Shown: piece by piece, positions 1 through 10,263 of the stretch
Position numbering within the stretch: the first letter of the stretch is position 1
Layout of the letters: the number at the start of each line of letters is the position of its first letter
Assembly: GCA_963666055.2 (NCBI GenBank)
Contig: CAXWPH010000014.1
Span: 160,001 to 224,000, forward strand
Origin: Acidobacteriota bacterium
Lineage (GTDB): Bacteria > Acidobacteriota > UBA890 > WLXD01
Direction: 5' to 3'
DNA: 64,000 bases
The notes under the pieces: model-generated
Seen by the model: only the letters and a program-made list of their open reading frames with translations
What the model was told of the DNA's origin: nothing
The model's database searches: none
Position numbers and translations under genes: made by a program

Positions 1-2
1 CC

Positions 3-1256
3 GCCCTGTACCGAATCCGACGAGCGGATTCGCGCACCGAGACGTACTTTCGCACCGCCGGGGCGGTGATGTTCGGAATGATCTTGGTGGCAGCGTTCGT
101 GTCGCTGTTCTTTCGACCCACCCAATGGATCCCGGTGGTGGTCGGAACCGACACGGCCCTCATGCGGGTGCAAGAGTGGAACGTGTCTCGCCTGTTCCTG
201 CTCATCTTCTCGAGCCTGGTCATGGTGCTTACGGTGGGGGCTCGGATGAGCCTGCAGGCCTGGGTGGATCACATACGCCGATCTGGACGCAACATCCGGC
301 GCATTCTCATCGCCGGCAGCGGTGAGTTGGCCCATAGCGTTATCGACCGCGTGCGGCTACACGAGGAATTCGGCTTCGAGGTGATCGGCATGGTTACAGA
401 CGATGCCGAGGCCGAGGGCTACCGTGGTGTTCCCATCATCGGACCCCTGAGCGATGTCCCCGGCCTGGTTCGTGACGAGGGTGTGCACCAGCTCTACGTG
501 GCGCTGCAGATGTCGTCCCACGAGCGGATACTGGACGTGTGGCGAAGCGTCGCCAATGAGATTGTCGAGGTGAAGGTGGTGCCCGACCTGCTGCAGTACC
601 TGACGCTCGGCGCCTGCCTGGAGGATCTCGACGGGGTGCCGATCGTCAACCTGTCGCGGATCCATATGGAAGGCTTCGCCGCGATGCTGAAACGAGCCTC
701 CGACATCGTCGTTTCTGCTGCCTGTTTGACGCTCTTCGCCCCACTTTTCCCGCTTATCGCACTGGCTGTCAAGATCACCTCACCCGGCCCGATTCTCTAC
801 CGGCAGAAGCGCATGGGTCTCGATGGCCGCGCCTTCGAGATCCTCAAGTTTCGTTCGATGAGCGTTGATGCAGAGAAGCACACCGGGCCGGTGTGGGCCA
901 ACGAGCAGGACACGCGCTGCACGTCGATCGGTGCGTTCCTGCGCAAGCTCAGCCTCGACGAGCTGCCGCAGTTCTGGAACATCCTGCGCGGCGATATGAG
1001 CCTGGTCGGGCCACGCCCGGAACGTCCTTACTTCGTTGATGAGTTTCGCCATCGGATCCCGCACTACATGCTCCGTCACCGGGTCCGCGCCGGTCTGACG
1101 GGCTGGGCACAGGTGCACGGTTGGCGCGGCAGGACGTCGCTCGAGAAGCGCATCGAGTACGATCTCTACTATGTCGAGAACTGGTCGTTGTCGCTCGACC
1201 TGAAGATCCTCTGGATGACGGTGGCCAACGGCATGGCGCACGAGCACGCCTACTGA
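3..1256 (+). CDS. Undecaprenyl-phosphate glucose phosphotransferase (WcaJ-type priming sugar transferase), 5' partial
   Basis: Bac_transf motifs KRxx[43 protein letters not shown]. The frame is open from base 3, so the start lies outside the window. Confidence 0.9.
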   Translation, partial: ALYRIRRADSRTETYFRTAGAVMFGMILVAAFVSLFFRPTQWIPVVVGTDTALMRVQEWNVSRLFLLIFSSLVMVLTVGARMSLQAWVDHIRRSGRNIRRILIAGSGELAHSVIDRVRLHEEFGFEVIGMVTDDAEAEGYRGVPIIGPLSDVPGLVRDEGVHQLYVALQMSSHERILDVWRSVANEIVEVKVVPDLLQYLTLGACLEDLDGVPIVNLSRIHMEGFAAMLKRASDIVVSAACLTLFAPLFPLIALAVKITSPGPILYRQKRMGLDGRAFEILKFRSMSVDAEKHTGPVWANEQDTRCTSIGAFLRKLSLDELPQFWNILRGDMSLVGPRPERPYFVDEFRHRIPHYMLRHRVRAGLTGWAQVHGWRGRTSLEKRIEYDLYYVENWSLSLDLKILWMTVANGMAHEHAY

Positions 1257-1257
1257 C

Positions 1258-2211
1258 ATGGCGCTCAAGAAGACGGTCTTGATCACCGGTGGTGCGGGGT
1301 TCATCGGCTCTCACCTCGCCGAGAGTCTCCTCGACGACGATCATCGCGTGATCGTCATGGATAACCTGCTCACTGGCTCGGCGGCGAACGTAGCGCGCTT
1401 TGCGAATCGCGACTTCCTGTTCATCGAACACGATGTCACCAACTACGTGTTTGTGGACGAGCCGCTTGACTACGTGCTCCACTTTGCCTCCCCGGCGTCA
1501 CCTGCCGACTACCTCAAGTATCCGATTCACACGCTCAAGGTCGGCGCGCTGGGCACCCACAAGGCCCTTGGGCTGGCGCGCCACAAGGGGGCGCGCTTCA
1601 TGCTCGCGTCGACGTCCGAGGTATACGGCGACCCGCAGGTCAACCCACAGCCGGAGACCTACTGGGGCCACGTCAACCCGATCGGGCCACGCGGCGTGTA
1701 CGACGAGGCCAAACGGTTCGCGGAGGCCATTACCATGGCATACCATCGCAGCCACGGGCTCGAGACCCGGATCGCCCGTATCTTCAACACCTACGGTCCG
1801 CGCATGCGTATCGACGACGGGCGCGCGGTGCCGAATTTCATGATGCAAGCACTGTCGGGCAACAACCTCACGGTGTACGGCGACGGCGGGCAGACGCGCT
1901 CGTTTTGCTATGTCGATGACACCGTGCGCGGCCTGCTCACGTTGTTGCGTTCCGACGTCAGCACGCCTGTGAACGTCGGTAATCCAAACGAGGTAACCAT
2001 CCTGCAGATTGCCGAGCTGGTGATCGAATTGTGCGACAGCGCCAGCCCGATCGTCTTCGAAGAGCTACCGGTGGATGATCCCAAGGTTCGCTGGCCGGAC
2101 GTGACGCGTATCACCGGCGAACTCGGCTGGGTGCCGCAGATCGAGCTTCGTAGCGGGCTGGAACGCACCGTGCCCTGGTTCCGCGGGCAGCTGCACGCGA
2201 CTACTCGCTGA
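1258..2211 (+). CDS. UDP-glucuronate decarboxylase-like NAD-dependent epimerase/dehydratase (extended SDR)
   Basis: [38 protein letters not shown]. Confidence 0.9.
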   Translation: MALKKTVLITGGAGFIGSHLAESLLDDDHRVIVMDNLLTGSAANVARFANRDFLFIEHDVTNYVFVDEPLDYVLHFASPASPADYLKYPIHTLKVGALGTHKALGLARHKGARFMLASTSEVYGDPQVNPQPETYWGHVNPIGPRGVYDEAKRFAEAITMAYHRSHGLETRIARIFNTYGPRMRIDDGRAVPNFMMQALSGNNLTVYGDGGQTRSFCYVDDTVRGLLTLLRSDVSTPVNVGNPNEVTILQIAELVIELCDSASPIVFEELPVDDPKVRWPDVTRITGELGWVPQIELRSGLERTVPWFRGQLHATTR

Positions 2212-2261
2212 GTCGGCGGGTCGGCAACCGCACTTGCTCGACCCACGCGCCAGACTCGCCA

Positions 2262-2283
2262 GAGTTTTTCGGCACCCTGTTAA
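2262..2283 (-). repeat. Orphan terminal-inverted-repeat-like sequence at the aroB stop codon
   Basis: Minus strand reads TTAACAGGGTGCCGAAAAACTC with the aroB TAA as its start. It has the same TARCAGG start as the MITE ends elsewhere in the window; no partner end was seen. Confidence 0.4.
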
Positions 2284-3395
2284 TCTGCCAGCGCCGCGAT
2301 CAGGGCTTCGTCAGCAATCTCTACCGCCCAGTTACCGTCACGCTCGGCCATGCGCCCGATGTCTTCGGCGAGCGCGCAGCGCAGCACGCCGCAACGCGAT
2401 TTCTTATCGTGGCGGGCTGCGATGAGCACGTCGGCGGGCTGGGTGCCCGCCGGCAGCGCCACCGGAAGACCGGCGCGCACACATAGGGAGGCGATTCGCT
2501 CGGCAAGGCCGGCGGTGGCTCCTACGACTTTTTCGGCGAGCCGCGCTTCTGCCACCATGCCAATGGCCACGGCCTCGCCGTGCCGCATCGAGTAGCCTTG
2601 CGACGACTCCACGCCGTGGGCAACCGTATGGCCGAAATTCAAGATCTGGCGACGGTTGCCTTCGCGCTCATCGGCGACCACAACCGCCGCCTTCAGGCGT
2701 ACGCAGCGCTCGACGATGAGCGCCAGCGCCTCCGGAACTTTGGCGAGACACGATTCCAGCAGGCCGTCTTCGAGATCGACAAAGAGCTGCTCATCGAGGA
2801 TGACCCCGTACTTGATGACCTCACCTAGCCCGGCCCGCAACTCCTCCTCAGGCAGTGTTTGCAGCAGGTCGATGTCGGCTAGCACCTGCCGAGGCTGCCA
2901 GAAGGCGCCGATGAGATTCTTGCCGGCCTTGGTATCGACGCCGGTTTTACCGCCGACAGAGCTATCGACCATCGCCAGGAGGGTGGTCGGAACCTGCACG
3001 TACGCAACGCCACGGTAGAGCGTCGCCGCAACGTAGCCGGCGATATCGCCGACCACGCCTCCGCCGAACGCTAGCACCGCAGATTGTCGATCTGCGCCGG
3101 CGTCGATCGCGTCATCCTGCAGCTCTGCAACCACCTCTCGGGTCTTGGAGCGCTCACCGTTCGGTACGGTGAGCTCGACGAAGCGGATTCCCGAGGCCGA
3201 GAGTGCGCCGCGTAGCCGGTCTCCGTGCAACCCGGCAACGACCTCGTCGGCGATCACGACGATCTGCGTTTCTCCCCCGAGCACCTCGCGCAGCTGCTCG
3301 CCAATTCCCGCTATCAGCTCGCTGCCTACGACAACGTCGTAGGCGGACGCGGCCGGGCGCTCCAACGCCACCTTTATACGTCGCTCGACGCTCAT
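2280..3395 (-). CDS. aroB: 3-dehydroquinate synthase
   Basis: GGGVVGDIAG, PTTLLAMVDSSVGGKTG, KNLIGAF, LNFGHT. Confidence 0.95.
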   Translation of the reverse strand: MSVERRIKVALERPAASAYDVVVGSELIAGIGEQLREVLGGETQIVVIADEVVAGLHGDRLRGALSASGIRFVELTVPNGERSKTREVVAELQDDAIDAGADRQSAVLAFGGGVVGDIAGYVAATLYRGVAYVQVPTTLLAMVDSSVGGKTGVDTKAGKNLIGAFWQPRQVLADIDLLQTLPEEELRAGLGEVIKYGVILDEQLFVDLEDGLLESCLAKVPEALALIVERCVRLKAAVVVADEREGNRRQILNFGHTVAHGVESSQGYSMRHGEAVAIGMVAEARLAEKVVGATAGLAERIASLCVRAGLPVALPAGTQPADVLIAARHDKKSRCGVLRCALAEDIGRMAERDGNWAVEIADEALIAALAD

Positions 3396-4108
3396 GGCTC
3401 GCCTGCCGCAGAAGCGCCGGAACGCGACAGAGACTCCAGCAAGAGAACTTCGGTGGCGTCGAGCATCGGCGCTGGCGCCGCATTGGTCTCAACGACGATC
3501 GGCAGCTCGGTGCACCCCAGGATCAGCAGCTCCGCGCCAGCTGCGATGAGCTCGTCGATGGCGGGGGCTAGCCGCTCCCGCGCCCCAGCTCCGCCGCCTT
3601 TCACAGCGCGAATCGCCGCCATCACTCCGGCCTGCGCTTGCGACTGCGGCCGCAGCGTGCGCAAGCCACGCGCCTCCAGCGCCCGATCGTACAGTTCGAG
3701 CTCCATCGTCCCGTTGGCTGCCAGCACTCCGACGGCACCGCCGGAAGGTAATGCCGCTGCGGCGCGGGCGGCGGCCAGACCAATCATGTCGAGCACCTCG
3801 ATCTGTACAGCATCCCGGATCGCGGCAAGGTAAGCGTGCGCCGAGTTGCATGGGATGGCGATGAAGTCGGCTCCGCCGCGCTCCAAGGCGCGGCTCGCAG
3901 CTTGAAGCGCCGGGGTCGGATCGGCTCCCTTGCCGGTGAGGTGCGTCGTACGGTCAGGTACGTGGGTGGCGTTGTAGAGCAGGCACGGCGGGTGGTCTTG
4001 ATCCCTCTCGGCGGCAACCCGATCCACCAACCGCTGGAAGAAGTGCGCGGTGGCCGCCGGCCCCATCCCCCCGAGAACACCTATGGTACGGAAGCCTCTA
4101 TCACTCAC
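3392..4108 (-). CDS. Aspartate/amino-acid racemase (PLP-independent)
   Basis: IGVLGGMGPAAT, IPCNSAH, ILGCTELP (two catalytic Cys). Confidence 0.9.
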   Translation of the reverse strand: MSDRGFRTIGVLGGMGPAATAHFFQRLVDRVAAERDQDHPPCLLYNATHVPDRTTHLTGKGADPTPALQAASRALERGGADFIAIPCNSAHAYLAAIRDAVQIEVLDMIGLAAARAAAALPSGGAVGVLAANGTMELELYDRALEARGLRTLRPQSQAQAGVMAAIRAVKGGGAGARERLAPAIDELIAAGAELLILGCTELPIVVETNAAPAPMLDATEVLLLESLSRSGASAAGEP

Positions 4109-5637
4109 GAGCCAGCTGTGTCGTTCTCGCTGGGTTCCTCGGATTGCGGCTTCCAGCGAAGTACGGGTCGTCGAGCCGCCTGCGTTTCGTCGAGTCGTCG
4201 GTGATAGGTCGTATGCGGTGCGCCCCTGACCAGCTCGGGGTCGTCGCGGGCTTCGCGGGCAATCGCCAGCATGGCCTCGACGAACCCGTCGAGCTCCTGC
4301 AAAGACACCGTCTCGGTGGGCTCGATCATCAATGCACCCGGGACCACGAGCGGAAAGTACACCGTCGGCGGATGGAAGCCGTAGTCCATCAGTCGCTTGC
4401 AGATATCCATTGCCGCGACGCCGTGCTTCTTCTGATGGAGGTCGGAAAAGACCACCTCGTGCATGCAGGGACGATCATGCGGCAGCTCGTATTCGCCCTT
4501 CAGCCTCTCCTTCAGGTAGTTGGCCGCCAGCACGGCGTCCTCGGCGATCTGCCGGAGACCCTCCGCTCCGTGGGCGCGGATGTAGGCGTAGCCACGCACC
4601 ATCATGGAGAAGTTGCCGTAGAAGCCGTGGATCTTCCCCATGCTGTCGGGGCGGTCGTCGTCAAGCCGGTAGCTGCCATCTTCGTTGCGGACTACCACAG
4701 GGCGCGGTCGGAAGGGCTCGAGACGCTCTGACAGAGCCACCGGGCCGCATCCTGGCCCGCCGCCCCCGTGAGGCGTAGTGAACGTCTTGTGCATGTTGAT
4801 ATGGAAGACGTCGGCGCCGAAATCACCCGGCCGTGTCTTGCCGAGAATGGCGTTCAGATTGGCGCCATCACAGTAGATCAGCCCGCCGGCGTCGTGAATG
4901 ATGTTGGCGATCTCGTCTATGCGATCCTCGAACAAACCCAGCGTGTTCGGGTTGGTCAGCATGAGCGCCGCCGTGTTATCGCCCGCTGCCGCCCGCAGCG
5001 CGTCGAGATCGACTGTGCCGCGCTCGTTGCTGGGAATCTCGACCGGTTCGAGTCCGCACAAACTCGCGGTCGCCGGGTTCGTACCGTGCGCCGAGTCCGG
5101 AATGAGCACTTCTTGCCGCCGTTCGCCGCGCTTGTGGTGATAGGCGGTGATCATCATGATCCCGGTCAGCTCACCCTGTGCACCGGCCGCCGGTTGCATC
5201 GAGAGATACGGCAGCCCAGTGATTTGCGAGAGAATTCGTTCCAGGCGCCAGATGAGCTCGAGCACGCCCTGCGAGGCGGCTTCGGGCATGTACGGATGCG
5301 CCTCGGCAAACCCACGTAGCCGTGCCACCCGCTCGTGCAACTTGGGGTTGTACTTCATGGTGCACGACCCCAACGGGTGCAGGCCAAGATCGATGCCGTA
5401 GTTGTGCTGGGAGATCCGCGTGAAGTGGCGCACGACATCCACTTCGGAGACCTCGGGAAACCCGCTTACCTGGTCTCGCACGAGGTCCGATCCCCACGCA
5501 TCCGCCGCTTCGACCTCTGGAACGTCGAGCAACGGCAGCGAGTAGCCGACGCGGCCCTGGCCGCCGCGCTCGAAGATCGGCGGCTCTTGCTTGAGCTGCC
5601 CCTGCCGGCTTGCCGACGCCGTCATATCGCCCCTCAC
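4105..5637 (-). CDS. gcvPB: Glycine dehydrogenase subunit 2
   Basis: PLGSCTMKYNP, QPAAGAQGE, SAHGTNPA, MHKTFTTPHGGGGPG. Confidence 0.95.
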   Translation of the reverse strand: MRGDMTASASRQGQLKQEPPIFERGGQGRVGYSLPLLDVPEVEAADAWGSDLVRDQVSGFPEVSEVDVVRHFTRISQHNYGIDLGLHPLGSCTMKYNPKLHERVARLRGFAEAHPYMPEAASQGVLELIWRLERILSQITGLPYLSMQPAAGAQGELTGIMMITAYHHKRGERRQEVLIPDSAHGTNPATASLCGLEPVEIPSNERGTVDLDALRAAAGDNTAALMLTNPNTLGLFEDRIDEIANIIHDAGGLIYCDGANLNAILGKTRPGDFGADVFHINMHKTFTTPHGGGGPGCGPVALSERLEPFRPRPVVVRNEDGSYRLDDDRPDSMGKIHGFYGNFSMMVRGYAYIRAHGAEGLRQIAEDAVLAANYLKERLKGEYELPHDRPCMHEVVFSDLHQKKHGVAAMDICKRLMDYGFHPPTVYFPLVVPGALMIEPTETVSLQELDGFVEAMLAIAREARDDPELVRGAPHTTYHRRLDETQAARRPVLRWKPQSEEPSENDTAGS

Positions 5638-7031
5638 GCCACCGCCTCCGCGAGCACGTCCACCATCCGGTCGATCGCCTGCTTGCTGTGCACCTCAGTA
5701 ACGCAGACCAACAGCTGATCTGCTCGCGACGCATCGAACCGGCCGAGCGCAACACCGGGAATCACGTCGTGCGCCAGACATCGATCCACAACCTTCGCGG
5801 CATCGCCACCGACGCGTACAGCGAGCTCGTTGAAATATGGGCCGTCATACACGGCCGGCACGCCCCGCGCTGCAAGCGCCTGGCGCGCGTACGTCGCCTT
5901 CGCCAGATTGGCGCGGGCGAGCTCGACGATTCCGTTGCGGCCCAAGCTGCACATGTGGATACACGACGCGAGGGCACACAGGGCCTCGTTGGTGCAGATA
6001 TTGGACGTTGCTCGGGCGCGGCGGATGTGCTGTTCACGGGTCGACAGGGTGAGGACGTAGCCTTCCTTACCCTCCTCATCAGCAGTGCGCCCGGCCAGAC
6101 GCCCCGGCAGATTGCGCTTGTCTCCGTCCCGGCAGGCCATGAATCCAACCAGCGGCCCGCCGAAGTTCATGCCGTTGCCGAAGCTCTGTAACTCGCCCAC
6201 AACCAGATCGGCGCCTGCCTGGGCGGGGGGTATCGCCAACCCGAAGGCGACGGGCTCGGTGGTGTTGACCACGAACTTCGCACCGGTTGCCGCCACCCGC
6301 TCGCCGATCACCCGCAGGTCTTCGACGATGCCGAAAAAGTTCGGCTGTTGAACCACGAGCGCGATCACATCGTCGTCCACCTGATCTACGACCGTACGTC
6401 CGTGCTCGTCCAGCGGCAGTACGTCGAACTGAATATCCTCGATGTATCTGGCGTAGGTTCGCGCCACCACCGTGTACGCAGGATGCAACCCCTCCGACAC
6501 CAGCACTCGTCCACCGCGACGTGCCAGCCGACGCGTCATGAGCACTGCCTCGGCGACGGCGCTGGCTCCGTCGTAGACCGACGCGTTGCACACGTCCATC
6601 CCGGTCAGCATGCACACCAGGCTCTGGAACTCGAAGATCGCCTGCAGCGTGCCCTGCCCTAGCTCGGGCTGGTAGGGCGTATAAGCGGTGAGGAACTCCT
6701 GGCGCTGGATCAACGCGTCGACGTGGCTAGGCACGAAGTGGGGATTGCAGCCGGCACCGAGAAAACTCGAGACGCGACGATGCGGGGCGTTGCCAGCTGC
6801 CAGCTCCTCGAGATGATCGAGGAGCTCGATCTCCGACATCGCGGGCTCCAGCCCGAGCATCCCTTCAAAGCGCGACGCCGCGGGAATCGCCGCGAACAAC
6901 GCGTCGATATCGGCAACCCCGACGGCCGACAGCATCGCTTCCCGGTCCGCGGGACCGAGCGACAGGTAGCGACCGCCGCCGCCAGCGTCGTTGCGCGCGG
7001 CGGCCACTGCATTCGGCGAAGTGTCCCCCAC
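5634..7031 (-). CDS. gcvPA: Glycine dehydrogenase subunit 1
   Basis: EFLTAYTPYQPELGQGTLQAIFEFQ, TREQHIRRARATSNICTN. Start placed at GTG 7031 because the ORF-track extension to 7157 runs through a MITE. Confidence 0.93.
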   Translation of the reverse strand: MGDTSPNAVAAARNDAGGGGRYLSLGPADREAMLSAVGVADIDALFAAIPAASRFEGMLGLEPAMSEIELLDHLEELAAGNAPHRRVSSFLGAGCNPHFVPSHVDALIQRQEFLTAYTPYQPELGQGTLQAIFEFQSLVCMLTGMDVCNASVYDGASAVAEAVLMTRRLARRGGRVLVSEGLHPAYTVVARTYARYIEDIQFDVLPLDEHGRTVVDQVDDDVIALVVQQPNFFGIVEDLRVIGERVAATGAKFVVNTTEPVAFGLAIPPAQAGADLVVGELQSFGNGMNFGGPLVGFMACRDGDKRNLPGRLAGRTADEEGKEGYVLTLSTREQHIRRARATSNICTNEALCALASCIHMCSLGRNGIVELARANLAKATYARQALAARGVPAVYDGPYFNELAVRVGGDAAKVVDRCLAHDVIPGVALGRFDASRADQLLVCVTEVHSKQAIDRMVDVLAEAVA

Positions 7032-7032
7032 G

Positions 7033-7311
7033 CTAGTAGGCCGTGGTGGAAGTGTGGTGGGTCTGGTTACGGCGAGTTGGGGCCAGATGCAAGGCGCCCT
7101 GACGTTGGCGATGCCCCGGCCATCGTCGAGGAAGGCCAACGCTGCAGATGGCCCCAAATCGCCGTAACCCTCCGGGCGACAGGGGGTTGCGCGCGTATGC
7201 TGCGTCGTTCCTCGTCAACGATGGGGTAATCATCGCCTCCTCCTCTCTCCCTGCCTCCGCCTCGCAAGACCCTGTCGCCAGGTCCGCCATACTTCCTCCA
7301 CGGCCTACTAG
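7033..7311. mobile_element. MITE family A, full-length copy inserted at the gcvH stop codon
   Basis: Ends CTAGTAGGCCGTGGTGGAAGT / ACTTCCTCCACGGCCTACTAG (one mismatch), CTAG at both ends, long internal hairpin GGTTACGGCGAGTTGGGGCCA...TGGCCCCAAATCGCCGTAACC; homologous to 17068-17241, 44361-44624 and 48949-49035. Confidence 0.85.
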
Positions 7312-7691
7312 GCCTCGATGTGCTGTCGGTATTCGGCGCTGCTCATCAACGCATCGGGCAACGACGAATCATCGAGCTTGATCCGCACCATCCAGCCGGC
7401 GCCGTGCGGATCGTCGTTGACGACCTCTGGGGTATCGATCAACACATCGTTGGCTTCAACGATCTCTCCGGCAACCGGTGCGTACAGATCAGACACCGCT
7501 TTGACCGACTCGATCGTGCCGAAAACCACGCCCTGGGCGCAAGTCGTACCAGGCTCCGGCAGCTCGACGAAGACGACATCGCCCAGCTCATCCTGGGCAT
7601 GGTGGGTGATCCCCACAGTGGCGATACCACCATCGACGGAGATCCATTCGTGCTCCGAGCTGTACTTGTACGTATCTGGGTAATCGGCCAT
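7308..7691 (-). CDS. gcvH: Glycine cleavage system H protein
   Basis: HEWI, GITHHAQDELGDVVFVELP, lipoyl site ESVKAV. Confidence 0.97.
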   Translation of the reverse strand: MADYPDTYKYSSEHEWISVDGGIATVGITHHAQDELGDVVFVELPEPGTTCAQGVVFGTIESVKAVSDLYAPVAGEIVEANDVLIDTPEVVNDDPHGAGWMVRIKLDDSSLPDALMSSAEYRQHIEA

Positions 7692-7765
7692 GACCTCGTC
7701 CTCTCAGCGAGCCGCCGGACGCGCCGGCAGCTTCGGTCCCGCGCCGCGTTCGCGAACCCGGGTCT

Positions 7766-8863
7766 CTACTGTTGTCTGCGATAAAAGGGTGTCTTCACAA
7801 CCGTGGCCGGTGTCGCTCGGCCGCGTATTTCTACCGCCACCTCAGTACCGGGGGTGGTGTAGTCCGCCTCGATACAGGCGAACCCAATGCCCCTTCTCAG
7901 CGTCGGGCTGAAGGTGCCGGAGGTCACCATACCGATCTGCGCTCCCCCCTCTTCGAGCACTCCGTAGCCGTGGCGCGGGATGCCGCGGCCCGGTATCTCC
8001 AGCCCCACGACGCGCTCCGCTGGCCCCGAGGCTTGCTGCTCAACCAGCGCCTGCCTGCCGATGAACTCACCCTTGTCCGGTTTCTCGACCCAGCCGATTC
8101 CTGCCTCAATCGGGGTGCGCGCGTCGTCCATATCGCTGCCATAGAGCAACATGCCGGCCTCGAGGCGAAGCGTGTCGCGCGCGCCAAGCCCTGCTGGCAC
8201 GATGCCATCCGCAGCCCCGACCTCCATCAGGCGGTCGGCGAGTGCCTCGGCGTGCTGCGGTGCCAGGTAGACCTCGAATCCGTCCTCACCGGTATAGCCC
8301 GTGCGCGAGATGATCGCGGGCGCCCCACCATACTCGGTAACTACGAAGCGATAGTAGCGAATGGATGCCAGGTCCGTGTCGACGACTCGGGCCAGGATAG
8401 CCTCGCTCCGCGGTCCCTGCAGCGCCAGCTGGGCCCAATCCGAACTCTCGTCGTCGGCCACCACATCGCCCTCGAGGTGGGCGCATATCCAATCGTAGTC
8501 CTTGTCCTTGGTGCCGGCATTGACAACGAGAAAGTAGTCGTCATCGGCCACCTGGTGGACAAGCAGATCGTCGACGATTCCGCCCGACTCACGCGTCATG
8601 GCGGTGTACTGAGCCTGGCCGATCTCCAAACTGGCGGCGTCGTTGGTGATCAGCCGCTGCACGTTGGCGAGCGCTTCGCTTCCGCGCAGTCGAATCTCGC
8701 CCATATGGCTGACGTCAAACAGGCCGGCTCGCTCGCGTACGGCGGTATGCTCGTCGACGAGGCCGCTGAATTGTACGGGCATATGCCAGCCGTCGAAATC
8801 GACCATTCGGCCGCCTCGCCGTACGTGCCACGCGTGTAGCGGTGTCGCTCGCGGCTCCGACAA
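7766..8863 (-). CDS. gcvT: Glycine cleavage aminomethyltransferase T
   Basis: TPLHAWH, GLFDVSHMGE, RTGYTGEDGFE, GLGARDTLRLEAG; likely TTG start at 8863. Confidence 0.95.
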   Translation of the reverse strand: MSEPRATPLHAWHVRRGGRMVDFDGWHMPVQFSGLVDEHTAVRERAGLFDVSHMGEIRLRGSEALANVQRLITNDAASLEIGQAQYTAMTRESGGIVDDLLVHQVADDDYFLVVNAGTKDKDYDWICAHLEGDVVADDESSDWAQLALQGPRSEAILARVVDTDLASIRYYRFVVTEYGGAPAIISRTGYTGEDGFEVYLAPQHAEALADRLMEVGAADGIVPAGLGARDTLRLEAGMLLYGSDMDDARTPIEAGIGWVEKPDKGEFIGRQALVEQQASGPAERVVGLEIPGRGIPRHGYGVLEEGGAQIGMVTSGTFSPTLRRGIGFACIEADYTTPGTEVAVEIRGRATPATVVKTPFYRRQQ

Positions 8864-9033
8864 TAGACGTCCCTTGCAACTCGAAAGGAGGGCTTCGAGC
8901 GCTACCAAGCGTTAGCGCGACTTTCGAAGTTACCATAGCAGGCGGATTACGGTCTTCTGCCTGCCACCAACGTCGGCGACCGGACCGCAGCGGCTCCAGG
9001 GACTCCAGGACACGCCGACGGGACAAGAACCGC

Positions 9034-9630
9034 CTACCAACGGCGCTGCCAGACTCCGTCGGCGTGACGGCGGCGCCAAAGCGAGAAACGGGCCGTGGCA
9101 CCATAGACCCGAATTGCGACGGCGTCCCCGAATTGGTTACGCAGGTAGAGGCTACCGGACGTGGCCGTGCCGTCGGCCGACAGTGACAGCAGATCGCCCC
9201 GGCCAAACGCAACGCCGTCTGGTGGCGGCGTGCCGCCAGTAGGCGTCCGCACACCCGGCGGCAGCCCGGCGACCACGCCCGGGTAGTTTCTGCTCACGTT
9301 GCGCTCCGGGCCGAGCGCGATATCACGCCCAGCGCGCAAGTCGGCACGCCGCAACCCATCTCCATCCCCATCGGCGACCGGCGTCCAGACGATTTCCCCC
9401 GCCCTCGAATCTATGGCGATGCCACGTGAAGCACCGGCCGCAGCCGCAGCCATGCGCAAGCCCACCGCGAAGAGCACCAGCTCCTCTGCGGCTGCCTCCA
9501 ACCTCCGCGCCTGGCGCCAGCGCACAAACGCTGGCGCCACCGTCTGGACGACGATTCCCAACACCGCCAGCACCACCACCACCTCGATGATTGAGCTGCC
9601 TGTGCTGCGGCAGGCGCGGTTCGAGCTCAC
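9034..9630 (-). CDS. Prepilin-like GspH/FimT-type pseudopilin
   Basis: N-terminal GSSIIEVVVVLAVLG (degenerate G-F-T-L-I-E cleavage motif) and C-terminal GTATSGSLYL; translationally coupled to comEA. Confidence 0.7.
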   Translation of the reverse strand: MSSNRACRSTGSSIIEVVVVLAVLGIVVQTVAPAFVRWRQARRLEAAAEELVLFAVGLRMAAAAAGASRGIAIDSRAGEIVWTPVADGDGDGLRRADLRAGRDIALGPERNVSRNYPGVVAGLPPGVRTPTGGTPPPDGVAFGRGDLLSLSADGTATSGSLYLRNQFGDAVAIRVYGATARFSLWRRRHADGVWQRRW

Positions 9631-9995
9631 GCCCCTGAGTCACCCCGAGCATCGACGGTCACATAGGGACGCAACTTTTCCAGCGTCGTCACCCCGATTC
9701 CGCGGATGTTTAGCAAATCCTCGAGCCGCTCGAACGGCCCATGTTCTTTTCGCCAGTCGAGAATGCGACGCGCTGTCGCCGGCCCGATTCCAGGAACCGT
9801 CTGCAGCTGATCCTCATCGGCGCGGTTCACATCAACACGTGCCGTTGGGGCTTCCTGCTGCCAGGTAACGTGTCGCCCTGTTTCCTGTTGTCGAGCCATC
9901 GACAGGTTGACTACCGCCTGCCGCTCGACGACGCTGAGCGCCGACGCGGGAGCGACAATCACCAGCGCTGCAGCTCCTATCAATCCGCAGATCAT
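9627..9995 (-). CDS. comEA: ComEA family DNA-binding helix-hairpin-helix protein
   Basis: Signal peptide, then VDVNRADEDQLQTVPGIGPATARRILDWRKEHGPF...IRGIGVTTLEKLR; GGAGG before ATG 9995. Confidence 0.85.
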   Translation of the reverse strand: MICGLIGAAALVIVAPASALSVVERQAVVNLSMARQQETGRHVTWQQEAPTARVDVNRADEDQLQTVPGIGPATARRILDWRKEHGPFERLEDLLNIRGIGVTTLEKLRPYVTVDARGDSGA

Positions 9996-10263
9996 GCTTC
10001 CCTCCGAATTGCTGTTTGGCTTCTGTGGGCGCCGCGACCTCACCGCGCCTCGCCACCAGGAGACGGTCAACGACTTTCGAATTCCTGATTCTGGCGCGCC
10101 TCCGCAGCGGCCACGCGTCTTCGTCCGGGAGAGCGTCGAAAGCCATGAAGAAAGGCCGGTTTCGGCGCATGAGGCCACGTTTGCGCGCCTCCTGGGGGCA
10201 TGCTAGCTTGCCGTTCTTCCGCCTCCGGGACCTTTCTCCCGACCGTCGCCCCGCCTGCGAAGC

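Noticed and set aside
7033-7290. Paralogous small ORFs (7033-7290, 16972-17220, 44361-44642) as a peptide family
   Set aside because: They are translations of the MITE; the frame is not kept in the divergent copy.
8864-9033. Glycine riboswitch upstream of gcvT
   Set aside because: The GGAGA...CCGAAG...CTCTCAGG-type signature was not found on the minus strand; only a short hairpin is present. An Rfam scan would settle it.
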